From NCBI GenBank assembly GCA_041577295.1, contig JBFGJG010000067.1, forward strand, positions 1 through 17,855: a stretch of DNA of 17,855 nt, given 5' to 3'. The notes under the pieces are model-generated. The model saw nothing but the letters and a program-made list of their open reading frames with translations. It was not told where the DNA came from and made no database searches. A program made the translations under genes and the position numbers. Shown here one piece after another: positions 16,470-17,855 of the stretch. The DNA is from Gemmatimonadales bacterium. Lineage in GTDB: Bacteria > Gemmatimonadota > Gemmatimonadetes > Gemmatimonadales > GWC2-71-9. Numbering within the stretch: the stretch's first letter is position 1; every line of letters begins with the position of its first letter.

Positions 16470-16975
16470 CACATATCCCCTTTCCTTGCTCGTATCGCCT
16501 GCGGCTGCGCCTTGGGCGCGGACACCGGCTCGGCCTTTACCCATGCAACCGGATCTCCTGCGGCAATCCGGCCACCCTGCAGCACCTCGCCGTACGCTCC
16601 ACCGCGCCACGCTAGAGACAGCGCTTCTTGGAGCGACGGAAACGCTTCATCCATCCTCTCGCACGGCTTCGTTTCACCGTTGATGCGGATCAAGCACGGG
16701 CCGATGCGGAGAATCTTGCCGCGGCTGTCCGCCAGCCGGATACCGCTGACCATGAGGTTGGCACGGCGCAGCGATGGGTCCAATGTGACGCCGAACAGCT
16801 TGCTGAGCTCGGTCCAGATCTCGCGCTCGATGATGGTGACCTGGCGACGGCCGCGCTGATCGGCGTTGTCTGCGAGACCGGTGTCGGTCACCAGTGTCGC
16901 CTCCTGTCTGGAGTCCATCGGCCCCCGGCGTGCGCGTTTGATCCAGATTGCCTCGAGTGTCCCTGGACGTGCCAT
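16469..16975 (-). CDS. MOSC-domain protein (YiiM-like), 168 aa
   Basis: [30 protein letters not shown], conserved Cys in ETKPCERM, and [23 protein letters not shown] upstream. Confidence 0.88.
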   Translation of the reverse strand: MARPGTLEAIWIKRARRGPMDSRQEATLVTDTGLADNADQRGRRQVTIIEREIWTELSKLFGVTLDPSLRRANLMVSGIRLADSRGKILRIGPCLIRINGETKPCERMDEAFPSLQEALSLAWRGGAYGEVLQGGRIAAGDPVAWVKAEPVSAPKAQPQAIRARKGDM

Positions 16976-17075
16976 GCGCCTCCGACCTTGACACCCAACC
17001 GCGCGGGAGTCAAATCCCCGCGTCTGGAAATGGGCGAGCTAATGCAAAAGTTCCCCTGCATGGTAGGAGGTTACG

Positions 17076-17522
17076 GTGGGTAAAATCAACGCCGCCCGCG
17101 TAGTCGCGGGCGGGCTGGTGGCAGGTCTAGTCATCAACATCGGCGAAACCGTTTTGAACCTCGGGGTGATCGCCGAACAATCGGCGGCGGCCATGGATGC
17201 ACTCGGGCTCCCGCCGGTGAGTGGTGCAGCGGCCATGGTGTTCGTCGTGTTTGGGTTTCTCCTCGGAGTGGCTCTGATCTGGCTCTACGCAGCCATCCGT
17301 CCGCGATTTGGGCCCGGTCCGCGGACGGCGCTCGTGGCAGCAGTGACCCTCTGGGCGTTGGCGTTCTTGTGGCCGGCAGTGGCCCAGGGCACGCTCGACC
17401 TGGCACCGGCGGGTCTCTTGATTGTTTCAGCGGTGTGGCAGCTGGTGGAAACGGTGATCGCGGCCTTGGTGGGTGCGGCCGTGTATCAGGAGCCCTCAGG
17501 GGTGACAGCCTCCGGTGGGTGA
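17076..17522 (+). CDS. Hypothetical ~4-TM membrane protein, 148 aa
   Basis: GTG start after SD AGGAGG (17065-17070). Four hydrophobic segments and the loop motif WLYAAIRPRFGPGPRTA. Confidence 0.75.
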   Translation: MGKINAARVVAGGLVAGLVINIGETVLNLGVIAEQSAAAMDALGLPPVSGAAAMVFVVFGFLLGVALIWLYAAIRPRFGPGPRTALVAAVTLWALAFLWPAVAQGTLDLAPAGLLIVSAVWQLVETVIAALVGAAVYQEPSGVTASGG

Positions 17523-17855
17523 CTCGACGGGAAGACGACTCGCCCCAAAAGACGCCGACCAGTAGTGCTGAAACGTTCCCGAGTCGCGACGCACATACCC
17601 GATGCCCACGTGGGTGGCGAGGGCGTCCATGATATTGTCGCGATGGCTGGGACTCTCTAGCCACCCTGTGACGACTTCCTTTCCGGTCACGTAACCCGCC
17701 GCAACGTTCTCGGCCACGAACGTCCACATATATCCGGCCGCGGTGGCACGATCGGCTGGCTCCGAACGGTCGGAGCCGCGGTGGCTGATGCGGTTGCGCG
17801 TCGCCTGATCGGCGGCGTGCGCTTGGGCGGCCCGCACGAGTCTGATGTCCACGAC
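17496..17855 (-). CDS. CAP (SCP/PR-1-like) domain protein, C-terminal part; 5' end lies beyond the window
   Basis: Frame is open to the window end. CAP motifs AAQAHAAD, SHRGSD, AENVAAG, WLESPSHRDNIM, HVGIG and YWSASFG. Confidence 0.88.
   Translation of the reverse strand, partial: VVDIRLVRAAQAHAADQATRNRISHRGSDRSEPADRATAAGYMWTFVAENVAAGYVTGKEVVTGWLESPSHRDNIMDALATHVGIGYVRRDSGTFQHYWSASFGASRLPVESPTGGCHP

Noticed and set aside
16470..16610. 47-aa N-terminal extension of MsrB, or a selenocysteine form of MsrB
   Set aside because: The extension lies inside the MOSC gene, and the catalytic residue is a normal Cys (RYCINS) with no in-frame TGA.
1..17855. CRISPR arrays, tRNA/rRNA genes, IS elements, integrases
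   Set aside because: I saw no regularly spaced repeats, RNA gene signatures or transposase/integrase motifs. Intergenic gaps are all short.

Overview
GC-rich bacterial DNA (roughly 60-65% GC by eye), densely coding, with no rRNA, tRNA, CRISPR array or mobile element that I can see. The main feature is a tightly packed seven-gene minus-strand operon (11229 to 656). In transcription order it encodes a GabT-type omega-amino acid aminotransferase, a carbon-nitrogen (nitrilase-superfamily) hydrolase, a very large (~945 aa) Orn/Lys/Arg-family PLP decarboxylase, an uncharacterised ATP-grasp ligase of the kind usually mislabelled 'biotin carboxylase', a C45 autoproteolytic Ntn-hydrolase/acyltransferase, an APC amino acid permease and a Sad/GabD-type semialdehyde dehydrogenase. 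This looks like a GABA-shunt-like route with an added amide ligation/hydrolysis module. I cannot match it to a described pathway, and it is the best candidate for a novel system. It abuts the 3' end of proC with no spacer. A divergent plus-strand cluster follows: an AhpD/CMD-family gene broken by an apparent internal deletion and frameshift, then dodecin, a DHA2-type MFS transporter and an alpha/beta hydrolase. The rest of the window holds a DUF4397-like lipoprotein, an EVE-domain protein, a MOSC-msrB pair, a small membrane protein and a partial CAP-domain gene. Several start codons were corrected relative to the ORF track using Shine-Dalgarno (SD) motifs and stop/start overlaps. All family assignments come from motif recognition by eye, not from database searches.
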